Made by a program: the position numbers and the translations under genes
Notes under the pieces: model-generated
Database searches by the model: none
What the model saw: the letters and a program-made list of their open reading frames with translations, nothing else
What the model was told of the DNA's origin: nothing
Shown here: positions 45,742 to 54,534 of the stretch, in pieces
How positions within the stretch are numbered: the stretch's first letter is position 1
How the letters are laid out: the number at the start of each line of letters is the position of its first letter
Origin: a virus
Lineage: Duplodnaviria; Caudoviricetes
Length of the DNA: 64,000 bases
Virus record (IMG/VR): IMGVR_UViG_3300042483_000388
Reading direction: 5' to 3' (one strand)

Positions 45742-46410
45742 ATGGGAATTGATGACAAAATAATAAGAGAGATAACGAGATATAACTCTATTAACAAATA
45801 TATAATGGAACAAGACGCTCCACCACCTATTGATCCAGCGGCGGGAGCACCACCTGTAGATCCAGCGGCGGGAGCACCACCTGTAGATCCTGCGGCACCG
45901 GCCCCACCACCACCACCTGCAGATGGAGCGGCACCGGCCCCTATAGATATTAGTAACGATCCAGATGTTGAGGAAATTGGAGGTGAAGGTGAGGGAGAAT
46001 CCGAAGAAATTGATATTACCGACCTAATTGATAGTCAAAAAACGATGGCTGACAAACAAGAAGAATATTTTACTAATCTTTTTGACCAGATTAAATCTAT
46101 GGAACAAAAACTTGGTGAGATGGATAGTCTTGTTACTAAGATTGATGGTTTGGATGCTAAACTTGAAAAATATAGACCTAAAACAGCTCAAGAAAAACTA
46201 GAATTAAGGAGTTTGGATTCAGGTCCTTACAAACAAAGTTTATCCGACTTCTTTGTTGATAAAAAAGATGAAATGGAGGCATCGGGTAAAAACGAATATG
46301 TTTTAACTCAAGATGATGTTGAGAATTTTAGTCCTAGTGACATTGAAAAATCCTTTAATCAACCAATGGAGGATGAAGATGATGAACTATTAAACAGATA
46401 TAATTCATAA
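45742..46410 (+). CDS. Acidic Pro/Ala-rich coiled-coil protein (possible head core/scaffold-type protein)
   Basis: PPVDPAAGA repeats, an acidic EEIGGEGEGESEE tract, and a heptad-like segment DQIKSMEQKLGEMDSLVTKIDGLDAKLE. Confidence 0.6.
   Translation: MGIDDKIIREITRYNSINKYIMEQDAPPPIDPAAGAPPVDPAAGAPPVDPAAPAPPPPPADGAAPAPIDISNDPDVEEIGGEGEGESEEIDITDLIDSQKTMADKQEEYFTNLFDQIKSMEQKLGEMDSLVTKIDGLDAKLEKYRPKTAQEKLELRSLDSGPYKQSLSDFFVDKKDEMEASGKNEYVLTQDDVENFSPSDIEKSFNQPMEDEDDELLNRYNS
45832..45900 (+). repeat. 27-bp tandem repeat coding DPAAGAPPV (2 perfect copies plus a partial third)
   Basis: GATCCAGCGGCGGGAGCACCACCTGTA at 45832-45858 and 45859-45885. Confidence 0.9.
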
Positions 46411-46415
46411 CATAT

Positions 46416-46444
46416 AAGGTCGAAATTTTCGACCTTTTTTTTTT
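46416..46444 (+). terminator. Intrinsic terminator ending the tail/baseplate transcript
   Basis: AAGGTCGAAA-T-TTTCGACCTT inverted repeat followed by a T-run. Confidence 0.85.
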
Positions 46445-46463
46445 ATTTAAACGGCGACAAACA

Positions 46464-46495
46464 TTTGACTAAACACTTTCTTACACTTATATTTT
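46464..46495 (+). promoter_or_regulatory. Host-RNAP-type promoter upstream of the SSB gene
   Basis: TTGACT (46465-46470)-N17-TATATT (46488-46493). It also reads as TTTG-N20-TATATTTT, close to the Bacteroidota -33/-7 consensus. Confidence 0.65.
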
Positions 46496-46523
46496 ACAAA
46501 TAAACTTTTAATTAAATTACAAC

Positions 46524-47405
46524 ATGGCGACAAACAATGTTTTAGATGCAGTTTTGGCTCAGTATGAGAGCTCAAAACAAGGTGGTTCTTCTGGCACCTC
46601 AAAATTCACACAAGAAGAAAGAATGAAAAAATATTTCGCAGCCCTTTTAAAGGACAACGAGAAACAAGGTCAAAAGACAATTCGTATTTTACCTACAACT
46701 GATGGATCATCACCCTTCAAAGAAGTTTGGTTCCACGAAATAAGTGTTGATGGTAAATGGCAAAAATTTTATGATCCAGGAAAAAATGATAACGAACGTT
46801 CACCTTTAAACGAGGTTTATGAGGAACTTATGTCAACAGGTCGTGAATCAGACAAACAATTGGCAACACAATATAAAGCTCGTAAGTTTTATATCGTTAA
46901 AGTAATTGATCGTGATAACGAATCCGACGGAGTTAAATTTTGGAGATTTAAACACAATTACAAACAAGAAGGAATTCTTGACAAAATTATTCCAATTTGG
47001 AAAGCAAAAGGAGACGTTACCGATCCAGATAATGGGAGAGACTTAATACTTGAATTAACTAAAGCAAAAACTCCAAAAGGGGCAACTTACACAGTAATTC
47101 AAACGGTTATGTATGACGATCCGGCACCAACACACGGAAATAAAGAAACTATGGATTCTTGGGTAAATGATTCATTAACTTGGGAGGATGTTTATTCTAA
47201 AAAACCGGTTGAGTATTTAGAGGCGATCGCAAGAGGAGAAACACCACGATGGAGTTCTGAAAAGGGAGGATTTGTTTATTCAAATGACTCTGAGGAAGAA
47301 ACATCAATGGGTGGATCAAAATCTATGGCATCTACAACAAAAACAGTTAACAAAACTGTAGACCCACAAGTTAGTTCTGATGTGGATGAAGATCTACCAT
47401 TCTAA
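46524..47405 (+). CDS. Single-stranded DNA-binding protein (T4 gp32-like)
   Basis: IRILPT..GSSPFKEVWFH, KFYIVKVIDRD..GVKFWRF, DP.NGRDL; acidic C-terminal tip DVDEDLPF. Confidence 0.85.
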   Translation: MATNNVLDAVLAQYESSKQGGSSGTSKFTQEERMKKYFAALLKDNEKQGQKTIRILPTTDGSSPFKEVWFHEISVDGKWQKFYDPGKNDNERSPLNEVYEELMSTGRESDKQLATQYKARKFYIVKVIDRDNESDGVKFWRFKHNYKQEGILDKIIPIWKAKGDVTDPDNGRDLILELTKAKTPKGATYTVIQTVMYDDPAPTHGNKETMDSWVNDSLTWEDVYSKKPVEYLEAIARGETPRWSSEKGGFVYSNDSEEETSMGGSKSMASTTKTVNKTVDPQVSSDVDEDLPF

Positions 47406-47423
47406 TTTTAATTAAAAAAAGAT

Positions 47424-47454
47424 AACGGGAGCAGTTTATTGTTCCCGTTTTTTT
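47424..47454 (+). terminator. Intrinsic terminator after the SSB gene
   Basis: AACGGGAGCA/TGTTCCCGTT stem, 6-nt loop, T-run. Confidence 0.8.
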
Positions 47455-47486
47455 ATGTATATTTTATAAAACAATTATTAATTATT

Positions 47487-48470
47487 ATGGCATTGAAAAA
47501 GAAAGAATTTAGTTTAGATACAATAAAAAGTAAGTTTTCCACCAAAACAAAATATAAACCTGAAAGTTTTTATAATCTTGGTGAAGCCTTTTTAACGTCA
47601 TCTGGATTGCCTGGACCTATAATGGGGGGTATAAATATGTTTTTAGGGCATTCAAATACTTCAAAAACAACGGCAATGATATTGGCGGCGGCGGACGCAC
47701 AAAAGAAAGGTCATTTACCTGTTCTTATTATTACTGAGAAAAAATGGTCTTGGGAACATGCGATTGAATTAGGTTTACAGGCGGAGAAAAACGAACTTGG
47801 TGAGTATGATGGTATGTTTATTTTTAATGATTCATTTGATGTGATTGAACAAGCAACTGAGTTTATTAATGAAATACTTGATTCTCAAGAAAAAGGTGAT
47901 ATACCTTATAACTTATTGTTTTTATGGGATAGTATTGGTAGTGTTCCTTGTCAGATGACTTTTGATGGAAAAGGTGGTGGTATGCACAATGCTAAGGTAC
48001 TTGCTGATAAGATAGGGATGGGAATTCATTCAAGGATCTCAAAATCTAAAAAAGAAGAATATCCATATTATAATACTCTTGTAATTTTAAATCAACCTTG
48101 GGTATTACTTCCTGATAACCCATTTGGACAACCAGAAATAAAGGCTAAGGGTGGTGAAGCAATATGGTTAGCATCATCATTAGTATTTTTATTTGGTAAT
48201 CAGAAAAAAGCGGGTATTAGTCACATTGATGCCACTAAGAACGGTAGAAAAGTGTCGTTTGCAATTAGAACAAAGATTTCTATATTAAAGAATCATGTTA
48301 ATGGTCTTGGATATAAAGATGGAAAGATCATTGCGGTACCACAAGGTTATATTGCGGACACAAAAGAATCTTTGGATAACTACAAGAAAGAATATTCAGA
48401 TTATTGGGAAACAAAATTAGGGTATTCAGATTATTCTTTGGCCGAATCTGATGATGACATTGACGAATAA
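47487..48470 (+). CDS. recA: RecA/UvsX-like recombinase
   Basis: P-loop GHSNTSKTT (variant), IITEKKWS, LFLWDSIGSVP (Walker B), LVILNQPW and KAKGGEAI..ASSL. Start moved to ATG 47487. Confidence 0.85.
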   Translation: MALKKKEFSLDTIKSKFSTKTKYKPESFYNLGEAFLTSSGLPGPIMGGINMFLGHSNTSKTTAMILAAADAQKKGHLPVLIITEKKWSWEHAIELGLQAEKNELGEYDGMFIFNDSFDVIEQATEFINEILDSQEKGDIPYNLLFLWDSIGSVPCQMTFDGKGGGMHNAKVLADKIGMGIHSRISKSKKEEYPYYNTLVILNQPWVLLPDNPFGQPEIKAKGGEAIWLASSLVFLFGNQKKAGISHIDATKNGRKVSFAIRTKISILKNHVNGLGYKDGKIIAVPQGYIADTKESLDNYKKEYSDYWETKLGYSDYSLAESDDDIDE

Positions 48471-48484
48471 TATAAAAAATACAA

Positions 48485-49504
48485 ATGATTAAAACTCTTG
48501 TTATTGATGGTAACAATCTACTTAAGATTGGAATTTGTGGGGTCAAAGATTTTTATAATAACGGAGAACATGTTGGTGGAATTTGGCATTTCTTAAACAC
48601 AACCAGAAGATTTTTGGATGAAGTAAATTACAATAAAGTTGTGGTTTGTTGGGATAGTGAAAGTAACTCAACACAACGAAGATTATTTTACCCCAATTAT
48701 AAACTTAACCGAAGACAAGCAAATACCGAAGAACAAGTAAATTCATTCTCATATCAAAAGACAAGAGTAAAACAATATCTTGAAGAGATGTTTATAAGAC
48801 ATATTGAAATTGATGATTGTGAGGCCGACGACATTATTGCACACTATTGTAAAATATCTAAAGACGAACACAAAACTATATTCTCAAGTGATAGAGACCT
48901 TACACAACTTATCTCTGAAGATGTGAGTATCTATTCGCCAAGTACTAAAAAACATTATAAGAATGGAGATATGATTAAAATGTTTGATGTTGAGATACCC
49001 CATTATAACGTTAAAACTTGGAAAATATTATCTGGTGATAAGTCAGACAACATTAATGGGATTTATTATTTGGGAGAAAAAACATTAGTTAAATTATTTC
49101 CTGAGTTACTTGACAAAGAGGTAAATATAACTGATATTTTAACAAAAGGGGAACTACTTTTAAAAGAAGATAAAGACAATCCCGCTTTAAAAAACCTATT
49201 AAGTGGTAGAACAAAAGATGGTATTTTTGGTGATGAGTATTACGAGATAAATAAAAAACTTGTGGACTTATCGGAACCACTAATAAGTGAAGAAGGGAAA
49301 GAATTAGTTGAATCTTATTATTCCGAGTCGATGGATCCCGACGGAAGAGGACATAAGAATTTAATTAGAATGATGATGGAAGATGGACTCTTCAAATACC
49401 TACCTAAGAGAGATGACGCATGGGTTGGTTTTTTGACACCTTTTCTAAAATTAACAAGAAAAGAAAAAACAAATTTTAAAAACAAAAGTAAAACAAAAAA
49501 ATGA
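48485..49504 (+). CDS. 5'-3' exonuclease / flap endonuclease (T4 RNase H or PolA N-terminal-like)
   Basis: LVIDGNNLL, VVCWD, EADDIIA, SSDRDLTQL and GDKSDNING. Confidence 0.92.
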   Translation: MIKTLVIDGNNLLKIGICGVKDFYNNGEHVGGIWHFLNTTRRFLDEVNYNKVVVCWDSESNSTQRRLFYPNYKLNRRQANTEEQVNSFSYQKTRVKQYLEEMFIRHIEIDDCEADDIIAHYCKISKDEHKTIFSSDRDLTQLISEDVSIYSPSTKKHYKNGDMIKMFDVEIPHYNVKTWKILSGDKSDNINGIYYLGEKTLVKLFPELLDKEVNITDILTKGELLLKEDKDNPALKNLLSGRTKDGIFGDEYYEINKKLVDLSEPLISEEGKELVESYYSESMDPDGRGHKNLIRMMMEDGLFKYLPKRDDAWVGFLTPFLKLTRKEKTNFKNKSKTKK

Positions 49505-49950
49505 AAGAACAAGAAATAACAAAATTAGAGTTTTTGTTAATGTGTAATGATAATATCGTTGTCCAACGATTCTTTAATGTTAGGAATTTCAACCGAAATG
49601 CCCACAAATCTGAGGAGTTTTACGACTATATAAGGGTGTTTTGCGCAGAACTTCAACATAATCTAAAGATGAGAACCGTTAGTTATATGTTAGATAATCA
49701 ATATGAAATTACGGAAAATCCTGAAGTATTAAACACGTCAATTACGGATGGTGATGAGGTTTTTAATTTACTAATTAAATTGGGAGACCTGACAATTTGT
49801 CATAGAGCGTTTAACGCTAAAGCATACCCTCCAAAGGTGAGATATACCGTTGACCTACGACCCAAGTTGAAAAACATACTCTCAACACTTACTGACATTT
49901 TTTCAGGTAAAGATTTTAATTTTTTATATCCAGAATTTATTAAAAACTAA
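49501..49950 (+). CDS. Hypothetical protein in the replication operon
   Basis: 149-aa ORF whose start overlaps the exonuclease stop (ATGA-type coupling). Confidence 0.7.
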   Translation: MKEQEITKLEFLLMCNDNIVVQRFFNVRNFNRNAHKSEEFYDYIRVFCAELQHNLKMRTVSYMLDNQYEITENPEVLNTSITDGDEVFNLLIKLGDLTICHRAFNAKAYPPKVRYTVDLRPKLKNILSTLTDIFSGKDFNFLYPEFIKN

Positions 49951-49985
49951 TAGTATTTATCTTTACAAACGAAAGGAAAAAAAAC

Positions 49986-51380
49986 ATGGCGACGGGCAAA
50001 AATTTTGAATATTTAGGTAACACATTTCAGTTACAACTACTAAATCAAATTATATTAGATAAGGATTTTTCACACTCAATAATCGATGTAATAGAGAACA
50101 ACTATTTTGAAAACAAATACTTCAAAATAATAATACAGATGGTTAGAGAGTATTATGTTAAGTTTGATCACACACCATCTTTTGAGACACTTGAACAGGT
50201 TACAAAATCAGAACTACAACAAGAAATTGCGTCAAAAATTGTTCTTGACACTATTAAGAAGATTAAAGACGCACCTATCGATGGTGTAGGTTTTGTCCAA
50301 GAAAAGGCGTTAAAGTTTTGTAAACAACAGGAACTTCAAAAGGTGATGGGTAAGGCTCAAAAGATTATTGACGGAGGTGAGTTTGAAAATTATGACACTC
50401 TTGAAGAATTGGTTAGAGAGGCATTACAAGTGGGAGCAAAAGACACATCAATGATGAATGTATTTTCAAATCTTGAACAAGTTCTTGATGATGATTATAG
50501 ACACCCAATTCCAATGGGAATACCAGGTATTGATAGACTATTGAAAGGTGGTTTAGCAAGAGGTGAAATTGGAGTTATTTTAGCACCAACAGGTGTGGGT
50601 AAGTCTACGATTTTAACTAAGATTGCCAACCACGCATTTAACTTAGGTAATAACGTTCTCCAAGTGTTTTTTGAGGATAATCCAAAAATAATACAGAGAA
50701 AACACTACACTTTGTGGACAAAAATCCACCCTGATGATTTGTCAGAGAGAAAAGAAGAGGTAATGACTAAAGTTAGAGAGATTGAAGATAGTATGCCAAA
50801 CAAACTAATTATGAAAAAATTGCCATCGGACACAGTAACGATGTTACAATTAAAAAATCAAATTAGAAAGATGGTTGCTGATGGGATTAAGATTGATATG
50901 GTTGTGTTGGATTACATTGATTGTGTTGTTCCGGATAAGAATTTGGGTGACGAATGGAAAAGTGAAGGATCGGTTATGAGGGGATTTGAGGCGATGTGTC
51001 ACGAACTTAATTTGGTAGGATGGACAGCAACTCAAGGTAATAGAGCGTCTATTTCATCAGAGGTCGTAACTACAGATCAAATGGGGGGATCCATCAAAAA
51101 AGCACAAGTTGGACACGTAATTATTTCAGTGGCCAAGACCCTACAACAAAAGGAGCTGAAGTTGGCGACAATAGCTATAACAAAATCAAGAATCGGTGAC
51201 GATGGGGTTGTGTTTGAAAATTGTAAGTTTGATAACGCAATGATAGATATTGACACTGAAAGTTCAATGACGTTCTTAGGTATTGAAGAACAAAAGGAAG
51301 AAAGACAAAGACAGAGAGTTAAGGAAGTCTTTGAAAAAAGGAGACAGAGGGAAACCGAAAAGACCTCAACTAATAATTAA
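49986..51380 (+). CDS. dnaB: Replicative DNA helicase (gp41/DnaB-like)
   Basis: Walker A APTGVGKST, VFFED, VVLDYID, WTATQGNR, KSRIG. Confidence 0.92.
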   Translation: MATGKNFEYLGNTFQLQLLNQIILDKDFSHSIIDVIENNYFENKYFKIIIQMVREYYVKFDHTPSFETLEQVTKSELQQEIASKIVLDTIKKIKDAPIDGVGFVQEKALKFCKQQELQKVMGKAQKIIDGGEFENYDTLEELVREALQVGAKDTSMMNVFSNLEQVLDDDYRHPIPMGIPGIDRLLKGGLARGEIGVILAPTGVGKSTILTKIANHAFNLGNNVLQVFFEDNPKIIQRKHYTLWTKIHPDDLSERKEEVMTKVREIEDSMPNKLIMKKLPSDTVTMLQLKNQIRKMVADGIKIDMVVLDYIDCVVPDKNLGDEWKSEGSVMRGFEAMCHELNLVGWTATQGNRASISSEVVTTDQMGGSIKKAQVGHVIISVAKTLQQKELKLATIAITKSRIGDDGVVFENCKFDNAMIDIDTESSMTFLGIEEQKEERQRQRVKEVFEKRRQRETEKTSTNN

Positions 51381-51401
51381 ATTTTAAAAATTAAACAAAA
51401 A

Positions 51402-53261
51402 ATGGACGTTTCACAAAGAATACTGAGTGACATTACAGTGTATATGAAATACGCTAAATTTGTTCCCGAACTTAATAGACGGGAAACATGGGAAGAATTA
51501 GTTACACGAAATAAGGATATGCATATTAAGAAATACCCACATATTAAAAACGATATTGAGGAAGTATACAAAATGGTGTATGATAAGAAAATTCTTCCAT
51601 CAATGAGATCCTTACAATTTGGGGGTAAGTCGATTGAGATTTCACCAAATAGAATTTATAATTGTGCTTACACGCCAATTGACCACGTAGATTCTTTTTC
51701 TGAAACAATGTTCCTATTATTAGGTGGAACAGGTGTTGGATTCTCAGTTCAAAAACATCACGTTGAAAAACTACCTGAAATTAAAAGGCCAAACCCAACA
51801 AGAACAAGACGTTACCTAATTGGGGACTCTATTGAAGGATGGGCAGACTCAATTAAAGTGTTAATGGAATCTTATTTGGGATATAAATCATCAACTCCCA
51901 TATTTGACTTTTCAGATATTAGACAAAAAGGTGCGATGCTTGTAACATCTGGTGGTAAGGCTCCAGGACCTCAACCACTAAAAGATTGTATTCACAACAT
52001 TACAAAAGTTTTGGATTCTAAAAAAGATGGTGAAAGGTTAACACCAATAGAAACTCACGATATTATATGTCATATTGCTGATGCGGTATTAGCGGGCGGA
52101 ATTCGTAGAGCGGCACTCATTAGCTTATTTAGTGCAGATGATGAAGAAATGATTTCTTGTAAATCAGGAAATTGGTGGGAACAAAATCCACAAAGAGGTA
52201 GAGCAAATAACTCAGTAGTACTTCTTCGTCACAAAATAACTAAAGAATTCTTTATGGGTCTTTGGAAACGTATTGAGTTGTCAGGAGCGGGAGAACCGGG
52301 AATTTATTTATCAAACGATAAAGATTATGGAACTAATCCGTGTTGTGAAATTGCGCTACGACCAAATCAATTTTGTAATTTATGTGAAGTAAATGCGTCA
52401 GATATTGAATCACAAGAAGATCTTAATGAGAGAGTTAAGGGGGCGGCATTTATCGGAACATTACAAGCGGGATATACCGACTTCCATTACTTAAGAGATG
52501 TATGGAAAAGAACAACCGAGAAAGATGCTCTTATTGGTATCGGAATGACAGGCATTGGGTCTGGAGTTGTTTTAGGGTATGATATGAAAGAGGCCGCTAA
52601 GGTAGTGAACGAAGAAAACGAGAGAGTTGCCGAATTAATTGGTATTAATAAATCCGCAAGATCAACCACCGTTAAACCATCAGGAACCTCATCTTTGGTG
52701 TTAGGAACATCTTCTGGTATTCACGCTTGGCATAATGATTACTACATCAGAAGAATCCGTGTTGGAAAAAACGAGTCTATATACCCTTACTTGTTAAATA
52801 ACCACCCCGAATTGGTTGAAGATGAATTTTTTAGACCTCACGATACTGCCGTTATTGGTATACCACAAAAAGCACCAAAAGGGGCTATAATAAGACATGA
52901 ATCCGTATTCCAAATGTTAGAACGTGTTAAGAAGGTAGCTCAAGAATGGGTTAGACCAGGACATAGAACGGGACAAAATACTCATAATGTATCGGCAACA
53001 GTTTCAATTAAAGAAGATGAATGGGATTTAGTTGGTGAATGGATGTGGGATAATCGAAAAGCATATAATGGATTGTCCGTATTACCTTATAATGGGGGAA
53101 CTTATACTCAAGCACCTTTTGAGGATTGTACGGAAGAGGATTTTGAAAGATTGGTTAAAACATTAAAAAATGTTGACCTTACAAAAATAACAGAACTTCA
53201 AGATAATACCGATTTGCGTGGAGAGATTGCTTGTGGGGCTAATGGGTGTGAAATTGCTTAA
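51402..53261 (+). CDS. nrdJ: Class II (adenosylcobalamin-dependent, monomeric RTPR-type) ribonucleotide reductase
   Basis: LPSMRSLQFGG, YNCAY, GTGVGFS, AGGIRRAALI, TNPCCEI..QFCNL, TTVKPSGT and a C-terminal Cys pair (ACGANGCEI). No ATP cone; no beta-subunit gene nearby. Confidence 0.9.
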   Translation: MDVSQRILSDITVYMKYAKFVPELNRRETWEELVTRNKDMHIKKYPHIKNDIEEVYKMVYDKKILPSMRSLQFGGKSIEISPNRIYNCAYTPIDHVDSFSETMFLLLGGTGVGFSVQKHHVEKLPEIKRPNPTRTRRYLIGDSIEGWADSIKVLMESYLGYKSSTPIFDFSDIRQKGAMLVTSGGKAPGPQPLKDCIHNITKVLDSKKDGERLTPIETHDIICHIADAVLAGGIRRAALISLFSADDEEMISCKSGNWWEQNPQRGRANNSVVLLRHKITKEFFMGLWKRIELSGAGEPGIYLSNDKDYGTNPCCEIALRPNQFCNLCEVNASDIESQEDLNERVKGAAFIGTLQAGYTDFHYLRDVWKRTTEKDALIGIGMTGIGSGVVLGYDMKEAAKVVNEENERVAELIGINKSARSTTVKPSGTSSLVLGTSSGIHAWHNDYYIRRIRVGKNESIYPYLLNNHPELVEDEFFRPHDTAVIGIPQKAPKGAIIRHESVFQMLERVKKVAQEWVRPGHRTGQNTHNVSATVSIKEDEWDLVGEWMWDNRKAYNGLSVLPYNGGTYTQAPFEDCTEEDFERLVKTLKNVDLTKITELQDNTDLRGEIACGANGCEIA

Positions 53262-53263
53262 TA

Positions 53264-53494
53264 ATGAAAGTAAATTCATCAAACGATTGGATACAACAGT
53301 TATATGTTCAGGAGATAACAAAAAAGAAGTCTCCTGAACCTGACTTTTATAAAGATGATAATGGTAGATTTGTTATGACAGAATCATACCATATAAAAAG
53401 AGGAAGTTGTTGCGGATCAAAATGCAAACATTGCCCTTACGAACCTATTTATCAAAAAGGAAGTAAAAATATACAAGAATCACTAAGAAATTAG
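53264..53494 (+). CDS. Small Cys-rich protein (DUF5522-like)
   Basis: FVMTESYHIKRGSCCGSKCKHCPY motif. Confidence 0.7.
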   Translation: MKVNSSNDWIQQLYVQEITKKKSPEPDFYKDDNGRFVMTESYHIKRGSCCGSKCKHCPYEPIYQKGSKNIQESLRN

Positions 53495-53508
53495 TGATTT
53501 TTTTTTTT
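53478..53508 (+). terminator. Intrinsic terminator ending the RNR operon
   Basis: AATCACTAA-GAAA-TTAGTGATT followed by a long T-run. Confidence 0.85.
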
Positions 53509-53539
53509 AATGGTATATTTATATGTAAATTAAAAAATT

Positions 53540-53884
53540 ATGAGAAGAACAATAAGATTAACAGAAAGAGATTTATCAAGATTAGTTAGACGAGCAATCC
53601 ATGAAATGGATGACCAATCTGAAATAGGAGGTAACTCCTCAACTAAAAGTGCAATGGACACTGTTAGTGAATTTTTAGAATCAAACGGTGGTGGTTTGGG
53701 ATCTAGAAATAACGACGATATTGAAAAAGATCTTCAGGCTTTAGAATATGCTATTCGAATAGAAAGAAATCAATTAGGTGTTAGCAATCAATCTGCAGGA
53801 TACAAAAATAGAAGTAATAATGAAGACGGTGGAATGGGAGATGAACAATTATCCGAAAGATATAATAAAAGAAGAAGAAATTAA
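53540..53884 (+). CDS. Putative internal head protein with RLTERDLSRLVRR leader
   Basis: N-terminus nearly identical to the next gene; acidic body; basic tail LSERYNKRRRN; TATTTAT at 53516-53522. Confidence 0.6.
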   Translation: MRRTIRLTERDLSRLVRRAIHEMDDQSEIGGNSSTKSAMDTVSEFLESNGGGLGSRNNDDIEKDLQALEYAIRIERNQLGVSNQSAGYKNRSNNEDGGMGDEQLSERYNKRRRN

Positions 53885-53890
53885 AAAATT

Positions 53891-54439
53891 ATGGGAAAAA
53901 TTGTAAGATTAACAGAAAGAGATTTATCTAGACTTGTTAGACGGGTTATTAAAGAAGAAGAAGAACAAGATGAAATTGCTGGTAATGTTGAGTCAATTCT
54001 TAACAAACCTAAAGTTGAAATGAAAATTGAAGATATCTATTCTAATCTAAGTGATGACGAAAAAAGAAAACTTGAATCGTCTTTAAATGATTTGGGTATC
54101 AACGCATATACTTCACCAAAAGAAGCTCATGCCGCAGTTCAAAATGTAGCTGATAATATTGGTGGTGAAATGAGTGAAGGTGATGAGAATATGGATCCAA
54201 AAGAAAAAGTTGCCAATATTCTACACGGAATAGGAGAAGCAAATATTGCGGCTTGGGGTGGAGTTCCGGCAGCAATAGTAATTGGCGGTCTTTTAGCTGG
54301 AACTGTTGGAGCACCTATGATTGCGGGATTTGCAATTAGTTGGGGGGTTACCGCTTTATTAATGGGATTAGCAAAACTATTGGCTAAAGATAAATCTAAC
54401 ACTAATGAAAGTTATTATAGACGAAATAGAAGATACTAA
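53891..54439 (+). CDS. Putative internal head / ejection protein with RLTERDLSRLVRR leader and a hydrophobic Gly-rich hairpin
   Basis: Shared leader; hydrophobic stretch IAAWGGVPAAIVIGGLLAGTVGAPMIAGFAISWGVTALLMGLAKLLA; basic tail NESYYRRNRRY. Confidence 0.6.
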   Translation: MGKIVRLTERDLSRLVRRVIKEEEEQDEIAGNVESILNKPKVEMKIEDIYSNLSDDEKRKLESSLNDLGINAYTSPKEAHAAVQNVADNIGGEMSEGDENMDPKEKVANILHGIGEANIAAWGGVPAAIVIGGLLAGTVGAPMIAGFAISWGVTALLMGLAKLLAKDKSNTNESYYRRNRRY

Positions 54440-54458
54440 AAAAAAGAAAAATATTATT

Positions 54459-54486
54459 AACCCTCCCCACAAAGGAGGGTTTTTTT
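54459..54486 (+). terminator. Intrinsic terminator
   Basis: AACCCTCC-CCACAAA-GGAGGGTT followed by a T-run. Confidence 0.85.
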
Positions 54487-54534
54487 ATTTCTATAATTTT
54501 TACTTAAAAAAATACAACACTATATTTATAGGAT

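Noticed and set aside
28698-47486. Track starts at 28698 and 47439 (also 8214 and 13546)
   Set aside because: These N-terminal extensions run through terminators or promoter motifs. The downstream ATGs at 28722, 47487, 8196 and 13594 fit better.
14135-53261. Inteins or self-splicing introns in PolB, the helicases, RecA or RNR
   Set aside because: The ORFs are uninterrupted and of ordinary length, and I saw no C/S...HN-C/S/T junctions or LAGLIDADG blocks.
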